Positions 48,917 through 63,202 of a DNA stretch of 64,000 bases are shown piece by piece. The position numbers were made by a program, and so were the translations under genes. Location: sequence record OZ035785.1. One strand, given 5' to 3'. Below the pieces are notes generated by a model that was not told where the DNA came from, searched no databases, and was given only the letters and a program-made list of their open reading frames with translations. The first letter of the stretch is position 1. Each line of letters opens with the position of its first letter. This stretch comes from Tequatrovirus BCH953P2.

Positions 48917-50899
48917 ATGGCAAATACCCCTGTAAATTATCAATTAACAAGAACAGCAAATGCTATTCCCGAGATATTCGTCGGGGGTACGTTTGCTGAA
49001 ATAAAACAAAACCTCATTGAATGGCTTAATGGCCAAAATGAATTTTTGGATTATGATTTTGAAGGCTCAAGATTAAACGTTCTGTGCGACCTTTTGGCTT
49101 ATAATACATTATACATTCAGCAGTTTGGTAATGCTGCTGTGTATGAAAGCTTTATGCGTACTGCTAACTTACGAAGTTCAGTTGTTCAAGCTGCGCAAGA
49201 TAACGGATATTTACCTACTTCAAAATCCGCTGCGCAGACCGAAATTATGTTAACATGCACCGACGCATTGAATAGGAATTACATTACAATTCCTCGCGGA
49301 ACTCGCTTTTTAGCATATGCAAAAGATACTTCTGTTAATCCATATAACTTCGTTTCTACCGAAGACGTTATTGCTATTCGTGATAAAAATAACCAATATT
49401 TTCCGCGTTTAAAATTGGCCCAGGGACGTATAGTAAGAACTGAAATCATTTATGATAAATTAACACCTATTATCATTTATGATAAAAATATTGATAGAAA
49501 CCAGGTTAAATTATATGTTGATGGAGCGGAATGGATTAACTGGACGAGAAAGTCAATGGTTCATGCTGGTTCAACATCAACGATTTACTATATGCGTGAA
49601 ACTATTGATGGAAACACTGAATTTTATTTTGGCGAAGGTGAAATTTCTGTTAATGCTTCTGAAGGAGCTTTGACCGCTAATTATATCGGAGGTCTTAAAC
49701 CTACTCAGAACTCTACAATTGTTATTGAGTACATCAGTACTAATGGTGCTGACGCGAACGGAGCAGTCGGATTTTCATACGCAGATACATTAACAAATAT
49801 AACTGTCATCAATATTAATGAAAATCCAAACGATGACCCAGATTTTGTTGGGGCAGATGGCGGCGGTGATCCAGAAGATATTGAGCGTATTCGCGAATTG
49901 GGTACTATTAAACGCGAAACCCAGCAACGCTGCGTAACTGCAACTGACTATGATACATTCGTTTCAGAAAGATTTGGTTCTATTATTCAAGCAGTTCAGA
50001 CTTTCACTGATTCTACTAAACCTGGTTATGCATTTATTGCTGCTAAACCTAAATCAGGTCTGTATCTAACTACTGTACAACGTGAAGATATTAAAAATTA
50101 TCTCAAAGACTATAATTTAGCTCCTATTACGCCATCAATTATTTCTCCTAATTATCTTTTTATTAAGACTAATTTAAAAGTCACATATGCTTTAAATAAG
50201 CTACAAGAATCCGAACAGTGGCTTGAAGGTCAAATAATTGATAAAATTGATCGCTATTATACCGAAGATGTAGAAATTTTTAACTCGTCTTTTGCCAAGT
50301 CTAAGATGTTAACTTATGTAGATGATGCAGATCATTCTATAATTGGCTCATCGGCGACAATTCAAATGGTACGTGAAGTACAAAACTTCTATAAAACGCC
50401 TGAAGCAGGTATTAAATACAATAATCAAATAAAAGATCGTTCTATGGAATCTAATACGTTTTCATTTAATTCTGGGCGAAAGGTTGTAAATCCTGATACT
50501 GGTTTAGAAGAAGATGTATTATACGACGTTCGCATAGTATCAACAGACCGAGATTCTAAAGGAATTGGTAAAGTTATTATTGGTCCATTTGCTTCTGGTG
50601 ATGTTACAGAAAATGAAAACATTCAGCCGTATACAGGCAATGATTTTAACAAATTAGCAAATTCTGATGGACGCGACAAATACTATGTTATCGGTGAAAT
50701 AAATTATCCAGCTGACATGATTTATTGGAATATCGCTAAAATTAATTTAACATCTGAAAAATTTGAGGTTCAGACTATTGAATTATATTCTGACCCAACT
50801 GATGATGTTATCTTTACTCGCGATGGTTCACTGATTGTATTTGAAAATGACTTACGTCCACAATACTTAACTATCGATTTGGAGCCTATATCACAATGA
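48917..50899 (+). CDS. 6: Baseplate wedge protein gp6
   Basis: 660 aa, T4 length and position. Confidence 0.9.
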   Translation: MANTPVNYQLTRTANAIPEIFVGGTFAEIKQNLIEWLNGQNEFLDYDFEGSRLNVLCDLLAYNTLYIQQFGNAAVYESFMRTANLRSSVVQAAQDNGYLPTSKSAAQTEIMLTCTDALNRNYITIPRGTRFLAYAKDTSVNPYNFVSTEDVIAIRDKNNQYFPRLKLAQGRIVRTEIIYDKLTPIIIYDKNIDRNQVKLYVDGAEWINWTRKSMVHAGSTSTIYYMRETIDGNTEFYFGEGEISVNASEGALTANYIGGLKPTQNSTIVIEYISTNGADANGAVGFSYADTLTNITVININENPNDDPDFVGADGGGDPEDIERIRELGTIKRETQQRCVTATDYDTFVSERFGSIIQAVQTFTDSTKPGYAFIAAKPKSGLYLTTVQREDIKNYLKDYNLAPITPSIISPNYLFIKTNLKVTYALNKLQESEQWLEGQIIDKIDRYYTEDVEIFNSSFAKSKMLTYVDDADHSIIGSSATIQMVREVQNFYKTPEAGIKYNNQIKDRSMESNTFSFNSGRKVVNPDTGLEEDVLYDVRIVSTDRDSKGIGKVIIGPFASGDVTENENIQPYTGNDFNKLANSDGRDKYYVIGEINYPADMIYWNIAKINLTSEKFEVQTIELYSDPTDDVIFTRDGSLIVFENDLRPQYLTIDLEPISQ

Positions 50900-53800
50900 C
50901 AGTAAAAGCACCTTCAGTCACTAGTCTCAGAATTTCCAAGTTATCCGCAAATCAGGTGCAAGTACGCTGGGATGACGTTGGTGCTAATTTCTACTATTTT
51001 GTAGAAATCGCTGAGACAAAAACAAACTCGGGGGAAAATCTCCCGAGTAATCAATACAGATGGATTAACTTAGGATATACAGCAAATAATAGTTTCTTTT
51101 TTGATGATGCTGATCCATTAACAACATACATTATTAGAGTAGCTACAGCTGCGCAAGATTTTGAGCAGTCTGATTGGATTTATACCGAAGAGTTTGAAAC
51201 TTTTGCTACAAATGCTTATACATTTCAAAACATGATTGAAATGCAATTAGCTAATAAATTCATTCAGGAAAAATTTACTCTTAATAATTCTGATTATGTT
51301 AATTTTAATAATGACACTATAATGGCTGCATTGATGAATGAATCATTTCAATTCAGCCCATCATATGTTGATGTTTCATCAATCAGTAATTTTATTATTG
51401 GTGAAAATGAGTATCATGAAATACAAGGTTCCATTCAGCAAGTATGTAAGGATATTAACCGTGTTTATTTGATGGAATCAGAAGGGATTCTATATCTTTT
51501 TGAGCGTTATCAGCCTGTAGTTAAAGTATCTAATGATAAAGGACAAACCTGGAAAGCTGTAAAGCTCTTCAATGACCGTGTAGGATATCCTTTATCTAAG
51601 ACAGTATATTACCAATCTGCGAACACAACATACGTTCTAGGATACGACAAGATTTTCTATGGCCGCAAATCTACTGATGTTAGATGGTCAGCCGATGATG
51701 TCAGATTTAGTTCCCAGGATATAACATTTGCTAAACTTGGCGACCAGTTACATTTAGGATTTGATGTAGAAATCTTCGCTACTTATGCTACTTTACCAGC
51801 GAATGTATACCGTATAGCTGAGGCTATTACTTGCACGGATGATTATATCTATGTTGTTGCCAGAGATAAAGTTAGATACATAAAAACGAGTAATGCACCC
51901 ATAGATTCTGATCCATTATCCCCAACATATTCGGAAAGACTTTTTGAACCTGACACAATGACTATAACCGGAAATCCTAAAGCAGTATGCTATAAAATGG
52001 ATTCTGTTGGTGATAAAGTTTTTGCTCTTATTATTGGTGAAGTTGAAACATTAAATGCCAATCCGAGAACTTCAAAAATAATTGATTCCGCTGATAAAGG
52101 AATATATGTTTTAAATCATGACGAAAAGACATGGAAAAGAGTTTTCGGTAATACCGAAGAAGAAAGAAGACGTATTCAACCCGGATATGCGAATATGTCA
52201 ACTGATGGTAAATTAGTTTCTCTGTCTTCGAGTAATTTTAAATTTTTAAGTGATAATGTTGTTAATGACCCTGAAACTGTGGTGAAATATCAGTTAATCG
52301 GTGCTGTTAAATATGAATTTCCTCGTGAATGGTTAACTGATAAGCATTATCATATGATGGCATTTATAGCGGATGAAACATCTGATTGGGAGACTTTTAC
52401 TCCTCAACCAATGAAATACTACGCAGAACCATTCTTTAACTGGTCTAAAAAATCTAACACGCGTTGTTGGATAAACAACTCTGATAGAGTTGTAGTAGTT
52501 TATGCTGATTTAAAATACACCAAAGTTATAGAAAATATTCCGGAAACATCACCAGATAGATTAGTTCATGAATACTGGGATGATGGTGATTGCACTATAG
52601 TAATGCCAAATGTTAAATTCACTGGATTTAAAAAATACGCATCAGGAATGCTTTTCTACAAAGCCTCCGGTGAAATAATTTCTTACTATGATTTTAACTA
52701 TCGTGTGAGAGATACAGTAGAAATTATTTGGAAACCTACTGAAGTATTTTTGAAAGCATTTTTACAAAACCAAGAGCATGAGACTCCTTGGTCACCAGAA
52801 GAAGAGCGTGGACTAGCTGACCCCGATTTAAGACCATTAATTGGCACAATGATGCCTGATTCTTATTTGCTACAGGATTCGAATTTTGAAGCATTTTGCG
52901 AAGCATATATTCAGTATCTTTCTGATGGATATGGAACTCAATACAATAATTTACGAAATTTAATTCGTAACAAATATCCACGAGAAGAGCATGCATGGGA
53001 ATATTTGTGGTCAGAGATATATAAAAGAAACATTTATTTAAATGCTGATAAACGCGATGCTGTTGCGAGATTCTTTGAATCACGTAGCTACGATTTTTAT
53101 TCTACTAAAGGAATTGAAGCATCATACAAGTTTCTTTTTAAAGTTCTTTATAATGAAGAAGTTGAAATTGAAATTGAATCTGGGGCTGGTACTGAATATG
53201 ATATAATCGTTCAATCTGATTCTTTGACTGAAGATTTAGTAGGACAAACGATTTATACAGCTACAGGAAGATGTAATGTTACTTATATAGAAAGAAGCTA
53301 TTCTAATGGTAAATTGCAATGGACCGTAACTATTCATAATCTTTTGGGACGATTAATTGCTGGTCAAGAAGTTAAAGCAGAAAGACTCCCTAGTTTTGAA
53401 GGCGAAATTATTCGTGGCGTTAAAGGAAAGGATTTGCTTCAAAACAATATAGACTATATTAATAGAAGTAGATCATACTATGTAATGAAAATTAAATCCA
53501 ATTTACCTTCTTCCCGCTGGAAATCTGACGTTATTCGTTTTGTTCATCCAGTAGGATTTGGATTTATAGCAATTACCCTTTTAACAATGTTTATTAATGT
53601 TGGTTTAACTCTTAAACATACAGAGACTATAATTAATAAATACAAAAACTATAAATGGGATTCTGGATTGCCTACTGAATACGCTGATAGAGTAGCTAAA
53701 TTAACTCCAGCTGGTGAAATTGAACATGATCCAGTAACAGGCGAAGCAATTTATGAACCTGGTCCAAAGGCTGGTGTAAAATATCCTCTTCCTGATGACT

Positions 53801-53994
53801 ATAATGCTGAAAATAATAATTCAATATTTCAAGGTCAATTGCCGTCTGAACGACGTAAATTAATGAGTCCTTTATTTGATGCATCTGGAACAACATTTGC
53901 GCAATTTAGAGATTTAGTTAATAAACGTCTAAAAGATAATATAGGAAATCCAAGAGACCCTGAAAATCCAACACAGGTTAAAATAGATGAATGA
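50896..53994 (+). CDS. 7: Baseplate wedge protein gp7
   Basis: 1032 aa, T4 length and position; start overlaps gene 6 stop. Confidence 0.9.
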   Translation: MTVKAPSVTSLRISKLSANQVQVRWDDVGANFYYFVEIAETKTNSGENLPSNQYRWINLGYTANNSFFFDDADPLTTYIIRVATAAQDFEQSDWIYTEEFETFATNAYTFQNMIEMQLANKFIQEKFTLNNSDYVNFNNDTIMAALMNESFQFSPSYVDVSSISNFIIGENEYHEIQGSIQQVCKDINRVYLMESEGILYLFERYQPVVKVSNDKGQTWKAVKLFNDRVGYPLSKTVYYQSANTTYVLGYDKIFYGRKSTDVRWSADDVRFSSQDITFAKLGDQLHLGFDVEIFATYATLPANVYRIAEAITCTDDYIYVVARDKVRYIKTSNAPIDSDPLSPTYSERLFEPDTMTITGNPKAVCYKMDSVGDKVFALIIGEVETLNANPRTSKIIDSADKGIYVLNHDEKTWKRVFGNTEEERRRIQPGYANMSTDGKLVSLSSSNFKFLSDNVVNDPETVVKYQLIGAVKYEFPREWLTDKHYHMMAFIADETSDWETFTPQPMKYYAEPFFNWSKKSNTRCWINNSDRVVVVYADLKYTKVIENIPETSPDRLVHEYWDDGDCTIVMPNVKFTGFKKYASGMLFYKASGEIISYYDFNYRVRDTVEIIWKPTEVFLKAFLQNQEHETPWSPEEERGLADPDLRPLIGTMMPDSYLLQDSNFEAFCEAYIQYLSDGYGTQYNNLRNLIRNKYPREEHAWEYLWSEIYKRNIYLNADKRDAVARFFESRSYDFYSTKGIEASYKFLFKVLYNEEVEIEIESGAGTEYDIIVQSDSLTEDLVGQTIYTATGRCNVTYIERSYSNGKLQWTVTIHNLLGRLIAGQEVKAERLPSFEGEIIRGVKGKDLLQNNIDYINRSRSYYVMKIKSNLPSSRWKSDVIRFVHPVGFGFIAITLLTMFINVGLTLKHTETIINKYKNYKWDSGLPTEYADRVAKLTPAGEIEHDPVTGEAIYEPGPKAGVKYPLPDDYNAENNNSIFQGQLPSERRKLMSPLFDASGTTFAQFRDLVNKRLKDNIGNPRDPENPTQVKIDE

Positions 53995-54991
53995 TTCAAG
54001 TGTTATCTATCGTGCGATAGTTACTTCAAAATTTAGAACAGAAAAAATGTTGAATTTTTATAATTCAATTGGAAGTGGTCCGGATAAAAACACTATCTTT
54101 ATCACATTTGGAAGATCAGAACCGTGGTCATCAAATGAAAATGAGGTGGGCTTTGCCCCACCTTATCCAACCGATTCTGTATTAGGCGTAACTGACATGT
54201 GGACGCATATGATGGGAACAGTAAAAGTTCTTCCATCAATGCTTGATGCAGTTATTCCTCGTAGAGATTGGGGAGATACTCGATATCCTGATCCATACAC
54301 ATTTAGAATTAATGACATTGTAGTGTGTAACTCAGCTCCTTACAACGCTACTGAATCCGGCGCAGGCTGGTTAGTATATCGTTGTTTAGACGTTCCTGAT
54401 ACTGGAATGTGCTCAATAGCATCTTTAACTGATAAGGATGAATGCCTTAAATTAGGCGGAAAATGGACACCTTCTGTTAGATCAATGACTCCTCCTGAAG
54501 GTCGAGGAGATGCTGAAGGAACAATTGAACCCGGAGACGGGTATGTGTGGGAATATCTATTTGAGATTCCGCCTGATGTATCTATAAATAGATGCACGAA
54601 TGAATATATCGTGGTTCCTTGGCCTGAGGAATTAAAAGAAGACCCGACTAGATGGGGGTATGAAGATAATCTCACTTGGCAACAAGATGATTTTGGATTA
54701 ATTTACCGTGTTAAGGCAAATACTATCCGTTTTAAAGCATATTTAGATTCAGTTTATTTTCCTGAAGCTGCATTGCCAGGAAATAAAGGATTTAGACAAA
54801 TATCAATAATCACGAATCCTCTTGAAGCTAAAGCTCATCCAAATGACCCAAACGTTAAAGCTGAAAAGGATTATTATGATCCGGAAGATTTAATGAGGCA
54901 TTCGGGTGAAATGATTTATATGGAAAATAGGCCACCTATTATTATGGCAATGGATCAGACAGAAGAAATCAATATTCTGTTTACATTTTAA
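53987..54991 (+). CDS. 8: Baseplate wedge protein gp8
   Basis: 334 aa; followed by a terminator hairpin. Confidence 0.9.
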   Translation: MNDSSVIYRAIVTSKFRTEKMLNFYNSIGSGPDKNTIFITFGRSEPWSSNENEVGFAPPYPTDSVLGVTDMWTHMMGTVKVLPSMLDAVIPRRDWGDTRYPDPYTFRINDIVVCNSAPYNATESGAGWLVYRCLDVPDTGMCSIASLTDKDECLKLGGKWTPSVRSMTPPEGRGDAEGTIEPGDGYVWEYLFEIPPDVSINRCTNEYIVVPWPEELKEDPTRWGYEDNLTWQQDDFGLIYRVKANTIRFKAYLDSVYFPEAALPGNKGFRQISIITNPLEAKAHPNDPNVKAEKDYYDPEDLMRHSGEMIYMENRPPIIMAMDQTEEINILFTF

Positions 54992-54997
54992 ATTAAG

Positions 54998-55019
54998 GGA
55001 GCCCATGGGCTCCCTTTTT
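54998..55019 (+). terminator. Rho-independent terminator after gene 8
   Basis: GGGAGCCC-ATG-GGCTCCC hairpin followed by TTTTTC. Confidence 0.7.
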
Positions 55020-55022
55020 CTT

Positions 55023-55030
55023 TATAAATA
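55023..55030 (+). promoter_or_regulatory. Late promoter TATAAATA for gene 9
   Basis: Exact TATAAATA 25 nt upstream of the gene 9 ATG, after the gene 8 terminator. Confidence 0.7.
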
Positions 55031-55054
55031 CTATAAACTCATAAGGAAACCGCT

Positions 55055-55921
55055 ATGTTCATTCAAGAACCAAAGAAATTGATTGATACCGGCGAAATTG
55101 GTAACGCTTCTACTGGTGATATCTTATTCGACGGTGGTAATAAAATTAATAGTGATTTTAACGCAATTTATAATGCGTTTGGCGATCAACGTAAAATGGC
55201 AGTAGCAAATGGCACCGGAGCAGATGGTCAAATTATCCATGCTACTGGATATTATCAAAAACACTCTATTACAGAGTACGCAACTCCAGTGAAAGTTGGC
55301 ACTAGACATGATATTGATACCTCTACTGTAGGTGTTAAAGTTATCATTGAAAGAGGCGAACTTGGCGATTGTGTTGAATTTATTAACTCTAATGGATCAA
55401 TATCAGTTACTAATCCTTTGACAATTCAAGCTATTGATTCAATTAAAGGTGTTTCAGGTAATTTAGTAGTAACTAGCCCATATAGTAAAGTAACTTTACG
55501 CTGTATTTCATCTGATAATTCCACGTCGGTTTGGAATTATTCTATTGAAAGTATGTTTGGACAAAAGGAATCACCGGCTGAAGGTACATGGAATATTTCT
55601 ACATCTGGATCAGTTGATATTCCACTATTTCATCGCACTGAATACAATATGGCTAAATTGCTAGTTACATGCCAATCGGTAGATGGAAGAAAAATTAAAA
55701 CAGCAGAAATAAATATTCTTGTGGATACTGTCAATTCAGAGGTAATTTCTTCTGAATATGCTGTCATGCGAGTTGGGAATGAAACCGAAGAAGACGAAAT
55801 CGCTAATATTGCATTTAGTATTAAAGAAAATTATGTAACGGCGACTATAAGTTCTTCAACTGTCGGTATGAGAGCAGCAGTTAAAGTTATCGCTACGCAG
55901 AAAATCGGGGTGGCTCAATAA
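55055..55921 (+). CDS. 9: Baseplate protein gp9 (long tail fibre socket)
   Basis: 288 aa; late promoter TATAAATA at 55023-55030. Confidence 0.9.
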   Translation: MFIQEPKKLIDTGEIGNASTGDILFDGGNKINSDFNAIYNAFGDQRKMAVANGTGADGQIIHATGYYQKHSITEYATPVKVGTRHDIDTSTVGVKVIIERGELGDCVEFINSNGSISVTNPLTIQAIDSIKGVSGNLVVTSPYSKVTLRCISSDNSTSVWNYSIESMFGQKESPAEGTWNISTSGSVDIPLFHRTEYNMAKLLVTCQSVDGRKIKTAEINILVDTVNSEVISSEYAVMRVGNETEEDEIANIAFSIKENYVTATISSSTVGMRAAVKVIATQKIGVAQ

Positions 55922-57729
55922 TGAAACAAAATATTAATATCGGTAATGTTGTAGATGATGGTACCGGTGACTACCTGCGTAAAGGTGGTATAAAAATAAA
56001 TGAAAACTTTGATGAGCTTTATTATGAACTTGGTGATGGTGATGTTCCATATTCAGCCGGTGCCTGGAAAACTTATAATGCTTCATCAGGACAAACATTA
56101 ACAGCAGAATGGGGAAAATCATACGCTATTAATACATCTTCTGGAAGAGTGACTATAAATCTTCCAAAGGGTACAGTTAATGATTACAACAAGGTAATTA
56201 GAGCTAGAGACGTATTTGCTACATGGAACGTCAACCCAGTTACACTAGTAGCTGCTTCCGGCGATACGATTAAAGGGTCTGCAGTACCAGTTGAAATTAA
56301 TGTTCAATTCAGCGATTTAGAACTAGTGTATTGTGCCCCAGGACGTTGGGAATATGTCAAAAATAAACAAATTGACAAAATTACCAGTTCAGACATTAGT
56401 AATGTAGCTCGTAAAGAATTTTTAGTTGAAGTTCAAGGACAAACAGACTTTTTAGATGTTTTCCGTGGAACTAGTTATAATGTAAATAACATCAGAGTAA
56501 AACACCGCGGTAACGAATTGTATTACGGTGATGTATTTAGCGAAAACAGCGATTTTGGCTCTCCGGGCGAAAATGAAGGAGAACTAGTTCCTCTTGATGG
56601 ATTTAATATTCGATTAAGACAGCCTTGTAATATTGGTGACACTGTTCAAATTGAAACATTTATGGATGGTGTGTCGCAGTGGAGAAGTTCATATACAAGA
56701 CGTCAAATTAGATTGTTAGATTCAAAATTAACGTCAAAAACTTCTTTAGAAGGAAGTATTTACGTTACTGATTTATCAACAATGAAATCAATTCCGTTTT
56801 CTGCCTTTGGATTAATTCCAGGAGAACCTATTAATCCTAATTCTCTTGAGGTTCGTTTTAATGGAATTTTACAAGAATTGGCTGGAACAGTTGGAATGCC
56901 ATTATTTCATTGTGTTGGTGCCGATTCAGACGATGAAGTAGAATGCTCTGTTTTAGGTGGAACTTGGGAACAATCTCATACCGATTATTCAGTTGAAACT
57001 GATGAAAACGGCATACCAGAAATTTTACATTTCGATAGAGTATTTGAGCATGGTGACATTATCAATATCACCTGGTTTAATAATGATTTGGGTACATTAT
57101 TAACAAAAGACGAGATTATTGATGAAACTGATAATCTTTATGTATCGCAAGGGCCGGGAGTAGATATTTCTGGTGATGTAAATTTAACAGACTTCGATAA
57201 AATTGGTTGGCCAAATGTAGAAGCAGTTCAATCTTATCAACGCGAATTTAATGCTGTTTCAAATATCTTTGATACGATTTATCCTATTGGAACTATATAT
57301 GAAAACGCTGTTAATCCAAACAACCCTGTTACATATATGGGATTCGGCTCATGGAAATTATTTGGGCAAGGAAAAGTTTTAGTTGGATGGAATGAAGATA
57401 TTTCGGATCCGAATTTTGCTCTAAATAACAACGATTTAGATTCTGGTGGAAATCCTTCGCATACTGCGGGTGGAACAGGTGGTTCTACTTCTGTTACATT
57501 GGAAAATGCTAATCTTCCTGCAACTGAAACAGATGAAGAAGTTCTAATAGTTGATGAAAATGGATCAGTCATTGTTGGTGGGTGTCAATACGATCCAGAT
57601 GAATCCGGTCCAATTTATACTAAATACCGTGAAGCTAAAGCATCTACTAACTCTACTCACACTCCGCCAGCATCAATAACTAACATTCAACCATATATTA
57701 CAGTTTATCGTTGGATAAGGATTGCATAA
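55921..57729 (+). CDS. 10: Baseplate wedge / short tail fibre attachment protein gp10
   Basis: 602 aa; N-terminal module shared with gp9. Confidence 0.9.
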   Translation: MKQNINIGNVVDDGTGDYLRKGGIKINENFDELYYELGDGDVPYSAGAWKTYNASSGQTLTAEWGKSYAINTSSGRVTINLPKGTVNDYNKVIRARDVFATWNVNPVTLVAASGDTIKGSAVPVEINVQFSDLELVYCAPGRWEYVKNKQIDKITSSDISNVARKEFLVEVQGQTDFLDVFRGTSYNVNNIRVKHRGNELYYGDVFSENSDFGSPGENEGELVPLDGFNIRLRQPCNIGDTVQIETFMDGVSQWRSSYTRRQIRLLDSKLTSKTSLEGSIYVTDLSTMKSIPFSAFGLIPGEPINPNSLEVRFNGILQELAGTVGMPLFHCVGADSDDEVECSVLGGTWEQSHTDYSVETDENGIPEILHFDRVFEHGDIINITWFNNDLGTLLTKDEIIDETDNLYVSQGPGVDISGDVNLTDFDKIGWPNVEAVQSYQREFNAVSNIFDTIYPIGTIYENAVNPNNPVTYMGFGSWKLFGQGKVLVGWNEDISDPNFALNNNDLDSGGNPSHTAGGTGGSTSVTLENANLPATETDEEVLIVDENGSVIVGGCQYDPDESGPIYTKYREAKASTNSTHTPPASITNIQPYITVYRWIRIA

Positions 57730-58388
57730 TGAGTTTACTTAATAACAAAGCGGGAGTTATTTCCCGCTTAGCCGATTTTCTTGGTTTTAGACCTAAAACT
57801 GGCGACATTGATGTAATGAATCGTCAATCAGTCGGGTCAGTGACAATATCTCAATTAGCGAAAGGATTTTATGAACCAAACGTAGAATCAGCTATTAATG
57901 ACGTTCATAATTTTTCTATAAAAGACGTTGGTACAATTATTACTAATAAAACTGGTGTTTCTCCTGAGGGTGTTTCTCAAACTGATTATTGGGCATTTTC
58001 TGGAACTGTAACAGACGATTCTCTTCCTCCAGGTTCTCCTGTTACGGTATTAGTATTTGGTCTTCCAGTTTCAGCAACTACTGGAATGACGGCAATTGAG
58101 TTTGTCGCCAAAGTTCGTGTTGCCCTTCAAGAAGCTATTGCGTCATTTACTGCTATCAACTCATATAAAGACCATCCAACAGATGGTAGTAAATTAGAAG
58201 TTACTTATTTAGATAATCAAAAACATGTATTAAGCACATATTCTACATATGGAATAACTATTTCGCAGGAAATTATTTCTGAGTCTAAACCTGGCTATGG
58301 TACATGGAATTTATTAGGCGCACAAACTGTAACTTTAGATAATCAGCAGACTCCTACAGTATTTTATCATTTTGAGAGAACAGCATGA
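57729..58388 (+). CDS. 11: Baseplate wedge protein gp11
   Basis: 219 aa from [20 protein letters not shown]; ATG overlaps the gene 10 TAA (TAATG). Confidence 0.85.
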   Translation: MSLLNNKAGVISRLADFLGFRPKTGDIDVMNRQSVGSVTISQLAKGFYEPNVESAINDVHNFSIKDVGTIITNKTGVSPEGVSQTDYWAFSGTVTDDSLPPGSPVTVLVFGLPVSATTGMTAIEFVAKVRVALQEAIASFTAINSYKDHPTDGSKLEVTYLDNQKHVLSTYSTYGITISQEIISESKPGYGTWNLLGAQTVTLDNQQTPTVFYHFERTA

Positions 58389-59968
58389 GTAATAATACAT
58401 ATCAACACGTTTCTAATGAATCTCGTTATGTAAAATTTGATCCTACCGATACGAATTTTCCACCAGAGATTACTGATGTTCAGGCTGCTATAGCAGCCAT
58501 TTCTCCTGCTGGCGTAAATGGAGTTCCTGATGCATCGTCAACAACAAAGGGAATTTTATTTCTTGCCACTGAACAGGAAGTTATTGATGGAACTAATAAT
58601 ACCAAAGCAGTTACACCAGCAACGTTGGCAACAAGATTATCTTATCCAAATGCAACTGAAACTGTTTACGGATTAACAAGATATTCAACCAATGATGAAG
58701 CCATTGCCGGAGTTAATAATGAATCTTCTATAACTCCAGCTAAATTTACTGTTGCTCTTAATAATGCGTTTGAAACTCGTGTTTCAACTGAATCCTCGAA
58801 TGGTGTTATTAAAATTTCATCTCTACCGCAAGCATTAGCTGGTGCAGATGATACTACTGCAATGACTCCATTAAAAACACAGCAGTTAGCTATTAAATTA
58901 ATTGCGCAAATTGCTCCTTCTGAAACCACAGCTACTGAATCGGACCAAGGTGTTGTTCAATTAGCAACAGTAGCGCAGGTTCGTCAGGGAACTTTGAGAG
59001 AAGGCTATGCAATTTCTCCTTATACGTTTATGAATTCATCTGCTACTGAAGAATATAAAGGCGTAATTAAATTAGGAACACAATCAGAAGTTAACTCGAA
59101 TAATGCTTCTGTTGCGGTTACTGGCGCAACTCTTAATGGTCGTGGTTCTACAACGTCAATGAGAGGCGTAGTTAGATTAACAACAACGGCCGGTTCACAG
59201 AGTGGAGGAGATGCTTCATCAGCCTTAGCTTGGAATGCTGACGTTATCCACCAAAGAGGCGGTCAAACTATCAATGGAACACTTCGCATTAATAACACGC
59301 TTACAATAGCTTCAGGTGGAGCAAATATTACCGGAACAGTTAACATGACCGGTGGTTATATTCAAGGTAAGCGTGTCGTAACACAAAATGAAATTGATAG
59401 AACTATTCCTGTCGGAGCTATTATGATGTGGGCGGCTGATAGCCTTCCTAGTGATGCTTGGCGATTCTGTCATGGCGGAACTGTTTCAGCATCAGATTGT
59501 CCATTATATGCTTCTAGAATTGGAACAAGATATGGCGGAAGCTCATCAAATCCCGGATTACCTGACATGCGTGGTCTTTTTGTTCGTGGTTCTGGTCGTG
59601 GCTCTCACTTAACAAATCCAAATGTTAATGGTAATGACCAATTTGGTAAACCTAGATTAGGTGTAGGTTGTACTGGTGGATATGTTGGTGAAGTACAGAA
59701 ACAGCAGATGTCTTATCATAAACATGCTGGTGGATTTGGCGAACAGGATGATGCTGGAGCATTTGGTAATACCCGCAGATCAAATTTTGTCGGTACACGC
59801 AAAGGACTTGACTGGGATAACCGTTCATACTTCACTAATGACGGATATGAAATTGACCCAGAATCGCAGCGTAATTCCAAATATACATTAAATCGTCCTG
59901 AATTAATTGGAAATGAAACACGCCCATGGAACATTTCTTTAAACTACATAATTAAGGTAAAAGAATGA
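58385..59968 (+). CDS. 12: Short tail fibre protein gp12
   Basis: 527 aa, T4 length and position. Confidence 0.9.
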   Translation: MSNNTYQHVSNESRYVKFDPTDTNFPPEITDVQAAIAAISPAGVNGVPDASSTTKGILFLATEQEVIDGTNNTKAVTPATLATRLSYPNATETVYGLTRYSTNDEAIAGVNNESSITPAKFTVALNNAFETRVSTESSNGVIKISSLPQALAGADDTTAMTPLKTQQLAIKLIAQIAPSETTATESDQGVVQLATVAQVRQGTLREGYAISPYTFMNSSATEEYKGVIKLGTQSEVNSNNASVAVTGATLNGRGSTTSMRGVVRLTTTAGSQSGGDASSALAWNADVIHQRGGQTINGTLRINNTLTIASGGANITGTVNMTGGYIQGKRVVTQNEIDRTIPVGAIMMWAADSLPSDAWRFCHGGTVSASDCPLYASRIGTRYGGSSSNPGLPDMRGLFVRGSGRGSHLTNPNVNGNDQFGKPRLGVGCTGGYVGEVQKQQMSYHKHAGGFGEQDDAGAFGNTRRSNFVGTRKGLDWDNRSYFTNDGYEIDPESQRNSKYTLNRPELIGNETRPWNISLNYIIKVKE

Positions 59969-61428
59969 CAGATATTGTACTGAATGACTTACCATTCGTT
60001 GACGGCCCTCCTGCAGAGGGCCAGAGCCGCATTTCCTGGATTAAAAACGGCGAAGAAATATTAGGAGCTGACACACAGTATGGAAGTGAAGGTTCAATGA
60101 ATAGACCTACAGTTTCTGTACTAAGAAATGTTGAAGTTCTTGATAAAAATCTTGGAATACTTAAAACATCTTTAGAAACCGCACATAGTGATATTAAAAC
60201 AATTCAAGGTGTCTTAGATGTATCTGGCGATATTGAAGCTTTGACTCAAATAAGTATCAATAAAAAGGATATTTCTGACCTCAAAACGCTAACCAGTGAA
60301 CACACAGAAATATTAAATGGAACTAATAGCACGGTTGACAATATTCTTGCCGATATTGGTCCATTTAACGCCGAGGCTAACTCTGTATACAGAACGATCA
60401 GAAATGATTTACTATGGATAAAGCGTGAACTTGGACAATACCCAGGTCAAGATATTAATGGTCTTCCTGTTGTAGGAAATCCTAGTAGTGGAATAAAGCA
60501 TCGCATTATTAATAATACTGATGTCATTACTTCACAGGGAATACGTTTAAGCGAATTAGAAACAAAATTTATTGAATCTGATGTAGGTTCTTTGACTATT
60601 GAAGTTGGTAATCTTCGCGAAGAGCTTGGACCGAAACCGCCGTCATTTTCCCAAACTGTTTATAGTCGTTTAAATGAAATTGACACTAAACAAACAACAT
60701 TTGAATCTGACATTAGTGCTATTAAGACCTCAATAGGATATCCGGGAAATAATTCGATTATTACGAGTGTTAATACAAACACTGATAATATTGCATCTAT
60801 TAATTTAGAGCTAAATCAAAGTGGAGGTATTAAACAGCGTTTAACCGTTATTGAAACTTCTATTGGTTCAGATGATATTCCTTCGAGTATTAAAGGCCAA
60901 ATCAAAGATCATACAACTTTAATCGAATCTCTAAATGGAATCGTCGGTGAAAACACTTCATCTGGTTTAAGAGCGAATGTTTCATGGTTAAACCAAATTG
61001 TTGGAACTGATTCTAGCGGTGGACAACCTTCTCCTTCTGGGTCTCTTTTAAACCGAGTTTCTACAATTGAAACTTCTGTTTCAGGATTGAATAACGATGT
61101 TCAAAACCTACAAGTAGAGATTGGTAATAACAGCGCAGGAATTAAAGGGCAAGTTGTAGAGTTAAATACTTTAGTAAATGGAACTAATCCAAACGGTTCA
61201 ACTGTTGAAGAACGCGGATTAACCAATTCATTAAAAGCTAACGAAACTAACATTGCATCAGTTACACAAGAAGTGAATACAGCTAAAGGCAATATATCTT
61301 CTTTACAAGGCGATGTTCAAGCTCTCCAAGAAGCCGGTTATATTCCTGAAGCTCCAAGAGATGGGCAAGCTTACGTTCGTAAAGACGGCGAATGGGTATT
61401 GCTTTCTACCTTTTTATCACCAGCATAA
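59965..61428 (+). CDS. wac: Fibritin (whisker antigen control)
   Basis: 487 aa; repetitive coiled-coil segments and C-terminal foldon-like [27 protein letters not shown]. Confidence 0.95.
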   Translation: MTDIVLNDLPFVDGPPAEGQSRISWIKNGEEILGADTQYGSEGSMNRPTVSVLRNVEVLDKNLGILKTSLETAHSDIKTIQGVLDVSGDIEALTQISINKKDISDLKTLTSEHTEILNGTNSTVDNILADIGPFNAEANSVYRTIRNDLLWIKRELGQYPGQDINGLPVVGNPSSGIKHRIINNTDVITSQGIRLSELETKFIESDVGSLTIEVGNLREELGPKPPSFSQTVYSRLNEIDTKQTTFESDISAIKTSIGYPGNNSIITSVNTNTDNIASINLELNQSGGIKQRLTVIETSIGSDDIPSSIKGQIKDHTTLIESLNGIVGENTSSGLRANVSWLNQIVGTDSSGGQPSPSGSLLNRVSTIETSVSGLNNDVQNLQVEIGNNSAGIKGQVVELNTLVNGTNPNGSTVEERGLTNSLKANETNIASVTQEVNTAKGNISSLQGDVQALQEAGYIPEAPRDGQAYVRKDGEWVLLSTFLSPA

Positions 61429-61459
61429 CATGGGGCCGCAAGGCCCCAAAGGATTTTAA

Positions 61460-63161
<1,702 letters not shown>

Positions 63162-63202
63162 TAAATATTATAAACTAATTAAAGCCCAGATTAGGAGAAG
63201 TC

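Noticed and set aside
52736-55309. Minus-strand ORFs inside late genes (52736..53083, 53696..53896, 54340..54675, 55124..55309)
   Set aside because: Embedded antisense in genes 7, 8 and 9, which match T4 structural gene lengths and order.
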